Origin: Eledone cirrhosa
Lineage: Eukaryota
Length of the DNA: 64,000 nt
Direction of reading: 5' to 3'
NCBI GenBank assembly: GCA_964016885.1
Contig: OZ024745.1
Coordinates: 38,812,001 to 38,876,000 of the forward strand
Positions 27,305 to 41,625 of the stretch are shown here, in pieces; the stretch's first letter is position 1, and every line of letters starts with the position of its first letter. The notes under the pieces are model-generated. The model saw only the letters and a list, made by a program, of their open reading frames with translations. It ran no database searches and was not told the origin of the DNA. A program made the translations under genes and the position numbers.

Positions 27305-27349
27305 AGTCACTGAAGAGGTCACAGAGTGTGTGACGAAAGAACTATGACT
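27305..27349 (+). ncRNA. Minimal type I hammerhead motif (PLE1 inverted pLTR)
   Basis: agtca-CTGAAGA-g-gtcaca gagtg tgtgac-GAAA-gaac-TA-tgact; stems I and II pair, but there is an extra G after the core and the stem III loop is not palindromic. Confidence 0.65.
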
Positions 27350-27737
27350 ATATATATATAAACAACTATCTGGTTGTGGAACCAACCAACCAACCAGAAA
27401 TTTATAAATTTGTAAATTTATAAATATATAATAAATTAAATTGAAGTGAAAGCAACTGGTGCGTGTGTTTCTTATTGGCAACATGACCCTCCCAAAGTAT
27501 AACAATATCGGTTTAAACACACGATTTCAGATAAAGAATCTTGCTAAACAAATTCAGAAACGAAATATATATATATATATATATATATAAATGTGTATGT
27601 GACATTGTCTCGTTTCTTTTTCCTATCATTTCTACGAGCCAACACACTTCTATCTCATAATTTGAGAGTTTTGAGGTACTTTTATCGGACTTTGTCATCA
27701 CAATCTGACTTAATTCATATTTCTGTTCTGCTAATAA

Positions 27738-29453
27738 CACCGTGTAACATATATTTGTTACTCGGTTCTAAGTGTCATTTTCTGCCTTGTTATATCCCAT
27801 TATTTAAAAAAAAAACACTATTATTTAATCTGAAGTTTGGGTTTGAGGTCAGAAGTTTCATATTTCGAAATTTTCATTTTTTTTTAGAAAAAATACATTT
27901 TTAAAAAATGTATCAGTTCATATAATTAAATAAACAGAGTATATATTTATTTTATTACACGAGCTTATCAAAAGCAAACAAGTAAAACAAATAACACTTA
28001 TAAAGCAAATTATACACGTCATAAGTGACTGGATTTCCCGGATTTGCGGTTGTAGTCCAGGTTGCATTCCCGCACTAGCCCACAGATATATTCCCCCATC
28101 ATTTTTTCACTGTAGTGGGCCTGGTACCTCCGCTCTATCTCTTTCACATCTTAGTGGAATCATTCGCCTTGAACTTCTGATTAAGCGCCCATATTTTCCT
28201 TGAATTTTTCCAGGTGAGCGTCCAGAATATGTAGTTTAAGCGACATCCTGCATCCCATGGTGCCAAAAGCCTTTATCAGATCCTGCATCAGTTGCTGGTA
28301 GTTTTCAGCTCTTTAGTTGCCCAGGAAGCCCTTAACAACTGCCTTGAAACAGGTACATGCTGTTCTCTCATCCTATTGAGCTTATTGGCGAACTCGGTAG
28401 ACTCAAACACCTTCTTTATCTTAGGTCCAACAAAAATTCCACTTTTGGTTTTGGCCTCACAGTAACTTGGGGAAGAACTTAAGAAGGTACTTAAAAGCGG
28501 CTGATTCTTGGTTGACAGCTTTCACAAACTGCTTCATCAACCCCAACTTAATGTGCAGTGGCGGCATGAGCACAATCCTGGGATCAACCAGTGGCTCCCA
28601 CATGACGTTCCGCGTCCCAACTACTAATACTGTTCGCTGCTCCCAGTTCTTTCTTTTCTAGTGGCCAGAGGTGGCTCTGCTGTCCCAAACGCAGAGGAAG
28701 CAATGGAATGTGATAAAGTCTCCTTGGAGTCCAAGCAGGAAAGCCACCATCTTGAAGTCTCCAAGGATTTCGCAATTGTACTGGTTGTATTGCGGAGCTT
28801 CCAAGACGACTTTCAGGCTGACTGAATGAGCTAGGGGCAGTGTCGGGAACTTGTTTCCATTGTGGAGGAGGACAGCCTTCAAACTTGTGGTGGAGCTGTA
28901 TATAGATACCCACAACTCCTTGGGCACAAACGGCCCACCAATAACGTCAAACAGTCCAGGTACGTCATGGCAGAAGCAGAGGCCATCCCTAAGCCTGAGA
29001 AAGGTTCGTGTCGAGTCCTCTGACTTGTCCCGTGCACTTCCTCCTTGACCAAGTTCCACTGCTTCATTCTGGAGACGAATACTTAAAACACAATTTACCC
29101 TTTATTCAGGGTGCGGAAATCCAGTATCAATAAATCTCTTTAATCCACTTTTTAACAATTTTATACTTTATTCCACTTTTATAATTTTCTTTAGATACTA
29201 CTCTCTATTTTATCATTTTAATGTAACCTGAAACATATATACACAAAATCATTTAACATAAGCAAATTAAACTTACATACAACGTAAGATCCAGCATACA
29301 AATAATTCTAGTGAATAGCTTAGAATGTTTACAAACCCAAACTTTTAACTGTTTAAAAGCACTTTTTTTAAATTTATTTGGAACCTAAGCAACACAAAAA
29401 AAAGTGATTACAAGCCAGGAACAGAGACAACATTTTTTTTTTGTTACACGGTG
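27738..29453 (-). mobile_element. Chapaev3-like (CMC superfamily) DNA transposon with decayed transposase
   Basis: TIR CACCGTGTAACA...TGTTACACGGTG; TAA on both flanks (27735-27737, 29454-29456); minus-strand motifs SLKAVLLHNGN, CFLCVWDSRA, PPLHIKLGLMKQFVKA, GIFVGPKI, MSLKLHILDAHL at ~28030-29060. Confidence 0.8.
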
Positions 29454-29822
29454 TAATGGTATCACCCTACAACCATCCCGACCTCATCAGACAGCATCTT
29501 AGGTAATATGATTCTAATGTAATATATATAATGCAATGTGGCTATCATCAAAGGTATCGTAGACTTAAGAGAATGCGTCAGCTTATAAAGGAATGACTAA
29601 TAAATGACGACCATCGACATTTTCCGTCGCTTCAAGGAAAGACTGCATTGCATCAGAAATATTACATCGTTACTACCGTATTAATTAAAACTTTCTCTGT
29701 TGAAGTATTAGGGGAGCAGACACACGTTTTCCATTCACTGAGTTTATAGGCCCGTTACTATTAGACTAGATTATTGAGTCAATGCTATGGCGAAATGTTC
29801 TAATTCTCTCTCTTTCTCTTTT

Positions 29823-30040
<218 letters not shown>

Positions 30041-30128
30041 GGAGGTGAGTTTTATTGTAGTACAATAAAGCAATGCAGATATCGGATAAGATATCGGATA
30101 AGATATCGGATAAGAAGCACTCTACAAC

Positions 30129-32530
30129 ATGGATGATTACAACATAACCAATTCAACTAAAGACATTCCTATACCTGGTAAATCTGAATTCACCAAACTT
30201 CTTATTGAAAAAACTGACTCCTTCGTAAGAAGACTTAGATGGACAGCCTATTTCTATGACCAGCGCCTAAAAGGGAGCTTCCATACCAAAGAACATAACT
30301 TCCTCGATCATCTATTTAATTCTAGACGAAATCCTCCTTCCAACAAAAATCTAGTACAATTCGAAGAAGAACTAACTAAAATAATAAAAAATCTTAAATT
30401 CAAGAGATACCCTTACAAAGGACAAGAGCACCTTGTAAATCTCAAGAACACAATTTCTAACCTAAATTCCTCAAAAAAAGTTTTATTCCACTCTGACAAA
30501 ACCAATAACTTATATGGTATTTCCAAGGATAATTATAACAACCTTATCCTAAAGGAACTTAGGAAAAAGTATCGTAAAACCAACCATGAAATTTAGAATA
30601 CATAAACCTTGAAGCCTCTGAGATTATGTCAAAACTTGGCATTGAAAAAAAGACCGAACCATTCCTCCCAAGAACTCCGAGGATAAATCTCAAGGATCAC
30701 AAAAACAATTTTCGCACTGAACTACCTGTTAGATTAATCGCCCCCTCTAAATCTGATCTGGGGGTTGTTAGTAAAGCCATCTTGGATAGAATTATCCCAC
30801 AGGTTACTTCTAATTGCTCTTCTTTGAACCTAAATTTATGGTTTGGTACTTCTGAAGTGATTGGCTGGTTCAACAAATTGGATAATAAAAACAAACTAAA
30901 ATTTATTCAATTTGATATTGCCAGCTACTATTCCTCCATTTCGCCTTCACTTCTCAATAATGCTCTATCTTTCGCACTTAAATATTCTGACATCACCACA
31001 GATGAACTTCACATCATCCTCACCGCACGTAAAACCATCCTAGAGTTCAACAACGAATATTGGACCAGAGCCGATACCTCTAACAACTTCGACATCACAA
31101 TGGGAGCATCCGATTCATCCCAATTGACTGATTTAATTGGTATCTTTATTTTGAACTCTTTGAGTCGGAAAATTCCTCAACTTCGCGGTGCAATTTATCG
31201 TGACGATGGACTCTTTACTATCTTAAATTGCAATATAGTTAACCTTAATATTATTAAGAACAATATACGTAATCTCGTTAACCAACATAACCTAAAAATT
31301 GAATTTGATAATAGTATCAAACTAGCTAATTTCTTGGATGTATATCTTAATCTTGACACTGGCCTATATTACCCTTACCATAAAAACAATGAGAACCTAA
31401 ATTATGTTAACTTTAAATCTAACCATCCTACCAATATCAAGAATGCTATAGTTAGTAATATTGGAAAAAGAATATCTAACATATCTTCTAATAAAAACAT
31501 CTTTGATGCTAACGCCAATTACTATAATAACGCACTTTCTAAAGCCGGCTATCCAGATAAAATCAAATATAGTAAAGAAACAAATTCTAGAAAAACTTAC
31601 AGTAGAATAATTAATCATGATCATTCCAATAATATTAATAAAAGACCTAGATACAAAAACATAATCTGGTATAATGCTCCTTTCTCCATCTCTATTAATA
31701 ACAATATTCCTAAATTATATTTTAGTGCCTTAAATAAATGCTTCCCTCCCTCACACATCTATAGTGAAATATTTAACAAACACACCATCAAATTTTCTTA
31801 TTCTACATCCTCCAATATTTCCAACATCATCTCTAAACACAACAATAAAATGCTAAATACTAAATCTCTTCCTTCCAACATTGAATTTCATAATAACAGT
31901 AATAGTACTCCCGACGTCATTGTAAACCCTAGGCTAACTTCTGTAAACCCAAATACAACGTCAAACACAACTTCGCTAAATGTTCATAATCCAACTCTAA
32001 ATCAAGAAACTATTATTCCTATTATTCCTATCGCAAACAACTTCTCCAATCCAATTCCTTCTATAGATAACACTAGGTCACTCATTAATAATCTCTCTAA
32101 TTGCAACTGCCGCATTAAAAATAAATGTCCTCTCAACAACCATTGTCTTGATAAAAACTTAATTTATGAATGTAAAGTTATAACTAGCACCAATTCCTTC
32201 ACCTATTTTGGCTCCACTTCCACCTCTTTTAAAGCTCGTCTCTATAATCACCATTCATCTTTCAAATACAAACTTAAAAGAACCAACACGGCTCTCTCAG
32301 AACTCATATGGTCCTTGAAAGACAAAAACATTAAATATACCATCTTTTGGAAGAAGGTTTCTTCTGCATCCTCATACTTGAACAGCTCTCTATCTAAAAT
32401 CTGTAATCTCTGCCTAAATGAAAAATTTACCATTATCTCTAATCTAGATTCTATAATAAATAGACGTACAGATTTGTTTTCTATCTGCCTGCATAAATTC
32501 CATAGGACTTTTCACAAAGTATACAGTTAA
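30129..32530 (+). pseudogene. PLE RT-GIY-YIG polyprotein with one frameshift near 30592
   Basis: SDKTNNLY, QFDIASYYSSI, FDITMGASD, AIYRDDGL, NFLDV, SNHP, CNCR..CPL..CL..NLIYECKV..YFGST..FKARLYNH, CNLCLNEK; adding one T at ~30593 joins the two ORFs (EILEYINLEASEIMSKL). Confidence 0.88.
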
Positions 32531-33073
32531 CATTCAATTCTTTATCAATTTAGAATCTTTTCTCAAAGGCACATATACATACACATCTTTAAAATATACC
32601 CATCTTCCTACCTTACTTCAAAGGGCATTATACACTCTATAATACTTGTTTACTCATTACCCTCTTTCTATCTTCACCTTGTAAAATCCTTCATAACATT
32701 TACATTTGTTTTTTTGACGTTAGAATATTCATCCGCAATTATTATTATTTTTTCTCTCTATCATAAAACTTTTTAATCTCAATTTCATCCTTAATTTATT
32801 ATTTTTTTCTCCCCATCAACGAACTCATTCTTAATACATATTAACTCTTTCTTCGCACATATTATCAATTCCTTCAATATACAAACTTTAACTTCACATT
32901 ATTTTTCTCAAATCCTTCTACACACAAACCTTAATATTTTTTTCTCTTCGTTAATTTTGAAATTGCCACGATACTTATCAACATACATCTTTTTGACGTT
33001 AGAATATTCATCCACAATTATAATTTTTTTTTCTCTCTATTTTCATACATAAACTCCCTCTCTTTCCTCGCAA

Positions 33074-33492
33074 ATATTTCTCCCTTCGTTAATTTTCAAA
33101 TTCTTTTAATTTATACATTATCTTCCAACGGTTCTCAACCTCTCTATGTAAAACAATATATCTTTTCTCAGTTATAAAAAAAATATCTTTCTCTCTATCA
33201 CACATCTCTCCCTCTCCACCTTCACTCTCATCTCCTCCCCCTTTTTTCATCCTTTCCACCCCCCTCCCTAAATAAAATATTTTTTCCTCGTACATATCTT
33301 TCCCTTCGTTAATTTTCAAATTCTTTTAATTTATACATTATCTTCCAACAGTTTTCAACCTCTCTATGTAAAACAATATATCTTCTCTCAGTTATAAAAA
33401 CTATCTCTTTCTCTCTATCACCCATCTCTCCCTCTCATCTCCTCCCCTCTTTCATCCTTTCCACCCCCCCTCTCTAAATAAAATATTTTTCC
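33074..33492 (+). repeat. ~220-bp tandem duplication in the PLE2 3' UTR
   Basis: tcccttcgttaattttcaaattcttttaatttatacattatcttccaac occurs at ~33081 and ~33301. Confidence 0.85.
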
Positions 33493-33585
33493 CAATATCA
33501 CACATCAATCTAAAACCACTTTTCATATGTTGATTTAAAACTGCACTATCCACAAGTGTTTTTTAGCCTTCATATCATGTTCTCC

Positions 33586-33656
33586 TGTTTTATCTGATGA
33601 AAACACAAATATTATTGCATGATGATGTTTGTTTTTGAAATGCGCATAATAAAATA
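33586..33656 (+). ncRNA. Type I hammerhead ribozyme (PLE2 3' end)
   Basis: tgttttat-CTGATGA-[~16-bp stem II, loop gcat]-GAAA-tgcgca-TA-ataaaata; stem III is the palindrome ATGCGCAT; predicted cut after 33648. Confidence 0.85.
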
Positions 33657-33686
33657 CATGGAACTCCTTTAACCATCTTTTGATCT

Positions 33687-33770
<84 letters not shown>

Positions 33771-34885
33771 GCAAACCAGTATATTAAACATTTTCACATT
33801 AACGAGGTCCTGAATTTGATCCAATTGCAGATTATCATGTGGATGTCTAATTCTGCATTTTGAGTGAAATTGAATTGCCACGCTGATACTTGCATTCAGC
33901 TGCATCATTCAATTCAATAAGTTAACTTAGTTCACTGGGAAATCCAAAAATGGAATTACTATCACCGAAACAGACGGAGTTAGATTTACTTTCTTGGTTT
34001 AATATATAGTTCTACCCACACACATTTATATGTCTGAAAGTCTATATGGCTATGAATGTTTTCATTTGATATATTTCTTCATCCCTTTCTTTCTTATTGT
34101 GAGGATCTTTTAATGTTTCTGATAAATTCTAATCTCGTTGTTTTTAGTATATATTTCAGTTTATTTCCTTTCATCAGTGTGTCTTGTAATTTATTTAAAA
34201 TGATATTTTTCCGTCGATATTTTGGTGTTGTAACTGATTTTATTTTTGAAATAGTTTTCTGTGTTTCCATACATCTAGAATATGTTTATATTTAACCTAT
34301 ATAAACTTAACATTCTCCAAACAATAAGTAATATAGCAACATATCCCAGCTTGATACAATGCATATATTTATGGATTAATGCGAAATAGCCCATCAAAAA
34401 TGGGAGTAAATTACAATGTATAAAGACTTTTTTTCTCAAATCATAGATGAAAAAGGAAAAGAATAACAAATCAAACAATGGCATATTTTTCTCATGTCTC
34501 TCCTTTTTTTTGTGTTGCTTGCTCGCTATATTACTATACACAGAAGCATGCAGTCATGTCTGAATATATAGTGCGGTGCATGTGTAGTTGTGTGAGTGGA
34601 TGTGTGTGTCTTATAGTGTCTCGTATATTTTCTCCAGTTCTTTATTTCTCACAGTGATCTTCACTCTGTTATGTTCAAATATCTTTTTTTGGTTTTGAGA
34701 TATCTTTGCTTGAAACTATTTTCTCCGAATTTTATCTTTCAGTTGTTTTTCTTTTATATATTCCATTGCTTCCTCCTATCACATTTTTTCATTCTTTGAC
34801 AATGTTTCTTTCCATGCCTTTGCCCGCTTCTATTATTTTTTTCCTTAAATTTAATTCACCCCTCCCTCTCTCTCTCTGTATATAT

Positions 34886-34977
<92 letters not shown>

Positions 34978-35469
34978 ATGTGCGTGTGTGTGTGTGTGTG
35001 TGCGTTGTGTTTCACTTCACATTATCCTTAAAATCTTTATAATTCTTTTCCAATTTGAAACGTATTCTCTGTTTTCTTTTGTATTTTAACTTACATTAGC
35101 ATTCTATCTCGTTGATTTGTTTTTATTCGAGTGTATGTGTGTATATATGTGTGTGTGTGTGTGTGCTTACCTGTGTGTCTGTGAGTGTTGTGTTGAGTTG
35201 TGTAATGCTTTGTGTTTAAATAAAAATAAATGGTGATACTTCTAAAATGAAATAGCCGTGTCAAGGTCAATGCTGTGAGACATTCTCGATACATTTTCTT
35301 TTCTTTTTGTTTTATGACGATCTCTTTGTTTGGGTGCTGCTGTTGCCATTTATCATTATTGTTGTTGTTGTTGTTGTTGTTGCTCTTGCTTTTGCTGCTG
35401 TTGTTGTTGTTGTTGTAGTTGTTGTTGTTGTTATTATTATTATTGTTTTTATTATTGTTATGTTGTATG

Positions 35470-38400
35470 TTCGTCCATTGAAACGTTTTTCATATCGCTC
35501 TCGTAAGTTAGTTATTACTTTTCTTACCCAAGGTTTCATATTATTGTTTAGATAGTATAACCAGTATCTCCGTGAGCTGATTAGATGTTGTCTACTTGCA
35601 TAATGTAATGGCTCCACCGTGTTTGCTATCCAATCACGCCAATTAATTATATTCAAACGTAGGATGGTGGGCATCCATTTTCCTTCCGCAGGACAGCACA
35701 GAACGCAGAAAAACCCTGGTATAGAGTTACGGCAAAACGCTGCCCTAACATCAAGAGTAAAAATAACAACAACAAAAACAACAAGAGGGACATCAGAAAC
35801 AACAACAGCAACATCTTCAATAATAATATTAACAACAAACGAATAACATCATTCGCAAAATCAGCTTATCTGTTCAGTATAAAATTACTAACAAAAGATG
35901 ATTATTTGACATAAGCGACAGGCCTAATCAAGCGGCAAAATACAATTAGCCTTCCCGCTCGAGGTGTTGGTTACAGGAAAAACTCATTAAAATAGAAAGC
36001 AATTTCTACAAAGCCAAGATGGCTAGATTTGGCATCACAAAGTGAATGAGAAAGAACACAGAAAAAATGATGCCCGACTTATAGCATATAGCTAGCTGAA
36101 GACAATACTCGGGCATGCCAGTTCTCTTCATATCCGAATCTCTGATAGTCAAACTTCTCGGACAGTCTAATTGGTGTTATACCCATCGTAACAGGGATGA
36201 AGAACGTTATACATCACCTGTATCCGGCCGGGATTGGATATCTGGTGGATCCTATCTTGTGTGATACCATCATGCATTATTAGCGTACCCAGAGTGAACT
36301 CGAGTCGAGGATATGGTTGGGGATGCTTCTCGAAGTAAAACTTTGGTCACCTTCCTGTTGGGGTGGACGTAAACGTGGGTGTTTTCATTTGTGGGGGAAG
36401 AAGATCCACCTGAGAGACGTGTGCCCTCAACACAAGAGAGGAAACCGGATAATCCCATTGCTGCCAAAATACAAACCCCAGTATCAACAAGAACAAGCAA
36501 AACACCATGTTCATAAAACAGCAACCACATCAATGCCAACTCCTGAAGCAGTAGCAGCACCAACAACAACACCCACAACAAAACCAGCAACACCAACTAG
36601 AGTAACAATACCACAACGAACAGCTCAAACAGCAGTACACCGACACAGGAGATCTGACAAACCATATCTTCATATTCCCGCTCTCTCCGATTCCTCGAAA
36701 CGCTCACACACACTCAGACACACACATCCCCACCAATACACACATCAGAGTCAAATGGCTCAGATACAGACAACTTCTCTTCTCAGGCGAAGAAGATGAG
36801 GGAACACGATTGTCCAAGAAAGCAAAAAAAGTGATATAAAGAAACAAAAGCATCCACACTCTGCTCCATTCCATCACACAAGCCAAACGATACTCCAGAA
36901 AACCAATAAAATAAACCCACGGCGAACAAAGGCACATCTCCAAAACCAACAAGACATCGGAAAACACCAACACCAACACCAACACTACAACAATCAGCCA
37001 CAAAAAACACACACTGACACAACATCAAAACCAGTTACTTACACATGAATTCAAGAACAATCAACTACACATAACAAATGCTGTGCTAATGACGAGAGTA
37101 AATGAATAACTGATGTCCCTCGTAGCACAAAAGGTGGGCTTATAAACTGGTTGATATTTGGTACCAATACTTTCAACGTAAGCTAAATTCATAGACACTC
37201 ATAACGGAAGACTCACCCCACGAAGATGAATCAAATAACTCCGACAGCAACCGGAGAGTAAGTAGTCTTCTTTCCGGCCAACCTGGCTTTTTAAAAATGA
37301 TGTTGCATAAAGGTGTGTGGCTTTGAGTCAGTCTGGATTCAAAGTCGCTTGATCAACGAATTGAGTTCACTGGCTATGGATGTGACAGTGGTCAGTGAGA
37401 CTAGGATTTCGAATAGTAACGTATTAGATCCCATGTCTGATGTCGTTTTGCAATAGAGGTTTCTTAGACGGCTTGTGATGAAAGGTGGGGTGGCAGTACA
37501 CTTTAGGAAAGGCCTGAATCTTGATGTACAGACGATCCCGCATTACACGGACGGGAAATGTTCGGTCCTGGATGTGAACAATAGCGAAGCTGAAGCTAAT
37601 AGATTGTTGGGCGGGTGCTGAATGTTACATGACAGCCAGATTTATTGAGGCGTTCGAAAAACCTTCTTGGAATTTCTCAATTTTTACTGTTAACGGGGAC
37701 TTGGAACGCCATCTTACCTGATAAAATAAAACGGTGTGGTCACGGACCAATTGAATAAGGTCATCTACATATTATTTACATACGTTTATCATCAGGTCAT
37801 CAGAGAGGGATTTTGTAGAGTGTCCACAACTACAAAATATCGCCGATTAAGACAACAAATTTGTGATCCGAATGGAGGATCTAAATCAAAATTGTAGAGA
37901 AAGACTTTAAGAAACATGATTAGTAATTCAGTTAAGCTACATTTGAACATGGCAATCTTCAACAATAAGTAACTGTGCGAAGAGAGCGAATAAAGTAGAA
38001 TTCATAATAGTAATAAACAAGGGGGGAACTTAATAGCTAAAATAGAAGAGTGGATTCAGAGTGGCCTTGCAACCGAGATGCTAGCTGCAAGAATGGCATT
38101 AATCCAATTCTTCAATGCGAAACGAGGGCTGCAATGTAAGATCTAGGCCTCGTACTCTAGGCCTCGTGCTTTAAACCCCGAAGGAACCAAAGCTGTTCAG
38201 TAGAAATGGATCAGGAAATTGGCTATATACTTCGCTCACCGAGAAAATGTCAATGAACACAACATCGATTAAGCCCATGAGAACAGAGTGAAGATATCGA
38301 TGGTCGACGATATCGAAATATTTTAGTCTAAATAAGTTGATCAGTGATGTATCGAATGAGGGGGTATATTAACATGTATAGATCTGGTTATCTAGAAGAC

Positions 38401-39172
38401 ATAGTTGGGCAAGTCGACGATTTTCTCATGGACACTCTAAGCGTCAACGAGAACGAACGAGACAATCTGCTCATCAATGAATAATTTCCAGAATTACTTG
38501 GGCTAATTTTGCAGTAGGGGGTAATCGACAAATTAAAAGGCATGTGAGTTCTGTCGGTCTGACATATCCGAGATGCACTGAGAGGGACGGAACTGTTGAC
38601 AGACATTACTGATGTGTGGGGTTTTATCGAACTGTTATTATTGCATGTAGGACAAATCCGACTTTCGTGTGACTCTATCGTGAATTTATCTCCGCCATCT
38701 TTTGACCGGGAATGACAGGTAGGTTTGCTCAGTCTGTTGGATTTAGCGGAAGAGGTTTTATGGTTAAACAATTGGAAGGATTGAATACTGGCAGTTTCCG
38801 CTTCACACGAATCCTCGTCAATTATTTAAATACATTTATAAAGGAAAGTTAGGGTTTAGGAATTGCTGCCTTCCCCGACCAACAATACATTTGTGACTGT
38901 AGCGAGGATGGCCCGAGTGACTGGGCCAATTCCGTGCAAGCGCATGTAGGCTGGAGTATTCAGAGAGGACGGGTGTATATACATAGAGTGGTCTGAATAA
39001 TTTAAGATGTTTAGAATCTGTGGGCTTCCTAATCGATCCCTGGTGGATGTTCCTCCCTATAATTGAATTCTATTTTCATTTATTTATTGCTAATTGTTAC
39101 AGATTTTACTTCTTTTTATATGTTTTTATGTAAATCACCAACTGCACCTTTTTTAGTAATCAATAAACAAAC
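35470..39172 (+). mobile_element. L1/Tx1-type LINE copy 3, old and heavily deleted
   Basis: Degenerate knuckle GRKRGCFHL..IHLRDVCP (~36370-36425); EN start VCGFESVWIQSRLINELSSLAMDVTVVSETRI (~37315-37410); terminus VARMARVTGP (~38900) and AATAAA at ~39162. The 5' boundary is uncertain. Confidence 0.72.
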
Positions 39173-40379
39173 GATAGTCAACATAATTATTGTTTTTGTC
39201 GCTGTTGTAGTTTGTTGTTCTTGTTGATATTATATATATTCCTGTTGTTATTATCGTGTTTCAAAATATCCAATTCTTTCAAATCTTGTGAAAAGTAATA
39301 TCTTTAAATTACACCAACACCACCACCAGCACCAAACATTCGGTCAACAAGATTACTACCGTGGTTTTCATTACTGCTATAAGTGTTGCAAATATATGTA
39401 TTACTTTAAAATGATTATAATATTATTAATTATATCATATTGACATGCTAATCCTTGACATGTTAATCATTGCCATGATAATCATTAGACTATTATTTAT
39501 AATATTAAATTCTCTTCTTTTCTCATTGACACATGTCAAACTGTCAAAACATTACAGTCGTGTTATAGCCGCGGCAATTAATCCCATTATATATTATTGT
39601 TAATTATATGAACAATTCAGCAGATTTTTGATAAGGGTACATAAAGGAACATATCCTAATACCTGTATTAAAATTGAATGGTAATCACTCTTATTTTCAA
39701 TACAACACTGTAGATGAGAATATCATGTTTAGCTAAGTAGTATTTTGATAATTGTTATACAAGAATCTTGGTTTCGACAATAATTGTGTATTTTGTATGA
39801 TTCATACTCACTTTGGTCTATGAGAATCGAAACAACCCATATTAATTAAGCGTTAGTTTATAGGAAATGCACGAGGGACACACAACACTGAATAATATCT
39901 CAGACAGTGACAAAGAAACGCCAAAGAGATCTATAAACATGATTGATTAATTAATCAACTTACTATATATTTCATCGAATGATAATAAAACTCCGTCGAA
40001 AACACTTTTTTTCTGTTGGCCGTTTGATTCATTCAAAATACAATTTTCTATATGTGGTGTGTCGTAATTTACTTGGAGCCTTGTGGAAAATGTAGCATGG
40101 TTTTTAGATGGCTACATCAATAGAAATAGGAAATACGGTGTTATAAATAACAAGAACATTGTTGAAATATTAAACTGGACTTTCTTAATTAACACTCGAT
40201 ATTTCAGGATAAAATCCTGTTGTCGATTTTGCTGTAGATACGATTCCAACATATAATGTCTAGTTAGTGCCACACAAACACTATGAATAACAGGTTATGT
40301 CGATATTAGAAACTTGGCTATCCTGCAATTATAAAGGAAATGAGAGTTGCATCAGGTCAGCCCGACGACAGCTCAATTC

Positions 40380-40920
40380 TAGCCTATTAAGAGTCTATAC
40401 ATAGCTTCATCTTCTTCTCCTTGCGTAGACTCTGTCCAGTGATATTTACTACATGCCCATTGTATCTGAGCTGCGACCTCTCAATTCAGAGAAGTAGCAG
40501 CTCCATCTGAAATGACTCTGATCCCCGATCTACACACTCTATCCAGTAACGTTACTCCAAAGAACCTCGGAGGAATCCCATCTCGGCCGCTTCTTTTTAC
40601 GATCGTATTCTTTCTATCATTACCCAAGATTCATGTCTTTAGCTAAGGATTGAAGATAGTGAGTTTGGATGTTACACATACCCCCCCCCCTCCTTCTGAT
40701 TACCGAATGTTTAAGTTGATGCATTAACGCACATGCTCCTGCAATTCTTGCATTTAATTTAGCCTCATGCATTCCATCATTTGTGAACACAGCCACGGGA
40801 TACGTGAAATACTCTACCAGCTTCAGTGGAGCTCCATTCACATGTAAAGTGCACTGTGCAGGCTTCTTTAAGAGGACGAGTGTCTCAGTTTTCAGAACAC
40901 TCATTTTTATTCCAGCTATA
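40380..40920 (-). mobile_element. RTE-clade LINE 3' fragment
   Basis: GIKMSVLKTETLVL..CTLHVNGAPLKLVEYFTYPVAVFTNDGMHEAKLNARIAGA. Confidence 0.7.
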
Positions 40921-40952
40921 TAGTTTTGATGCTGAATGCGTCTATACACACA

Positions 40953-40991
<39 letters not shown>

Positions 40992-41485
40992 GCATCCGAC
41001 ACATTGATTGCAATATGCATTGCTGAGTAGTAGTCGATTCCCAATTGAAACATGTTTTTGTTGGTACATGAGTGAACGTAAGCACGCAAACTATTCTGTA
41101 TCTGCCTGTCCGTGTCTCTGTGTGTGTGCGTGCGTGTGAGAGTGAGAATAGGCACACACAGCAGTAATTTTGCCGATGGGACTGTGGGTGAGTGATACCT
41201 TACTCCCCAATGGTCAGTGGGCTGCTTCCAGTATTAAGAACTATGATGACGTCACTAACCAGTGACCAATCCAAGGACAAGCAAACAGGAGGAAGACGGA
41301 TGATATAGACTCGTAGTGTCAGACCACAAGAAAGAGGATTTGCTCCGAAATCAATAGACGGGTATGAGGAACCGGCGAATCCAGAGTCAGGTTCGATCCC
41401 CTCACAGATCGCACCTCGAGCTGTTCTCGGGGGAAACAATTGTAATACGTAATAAATTGAGTTCCGATGCATCACTGATTTTTCG

Positions 41486-41599
<114 letters not shown>

Positions 41600-41625
41600 C
41601 GTATGTATATGTATATATATATATT

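Larger units (their letters stand above)
22546..27508 (-). mobile_element. Penelope-like element 1 (RT + C-terminal GIY-YIG) with an inverted ~1.3-kb pseudo-LTR
   Basis: 22546-23866 is the reverse complement of 26190-27508 with few substitutions; (TA)n on the left flank; a hammerhead in each arm. Confidence 0.92.

Noticed and set aside
29455-29500. Minus-strand CTGATGA possibly split from a GAAA by the Chapaev insertion
   Set aside because: The rejoined sequence gives no stem I partner.
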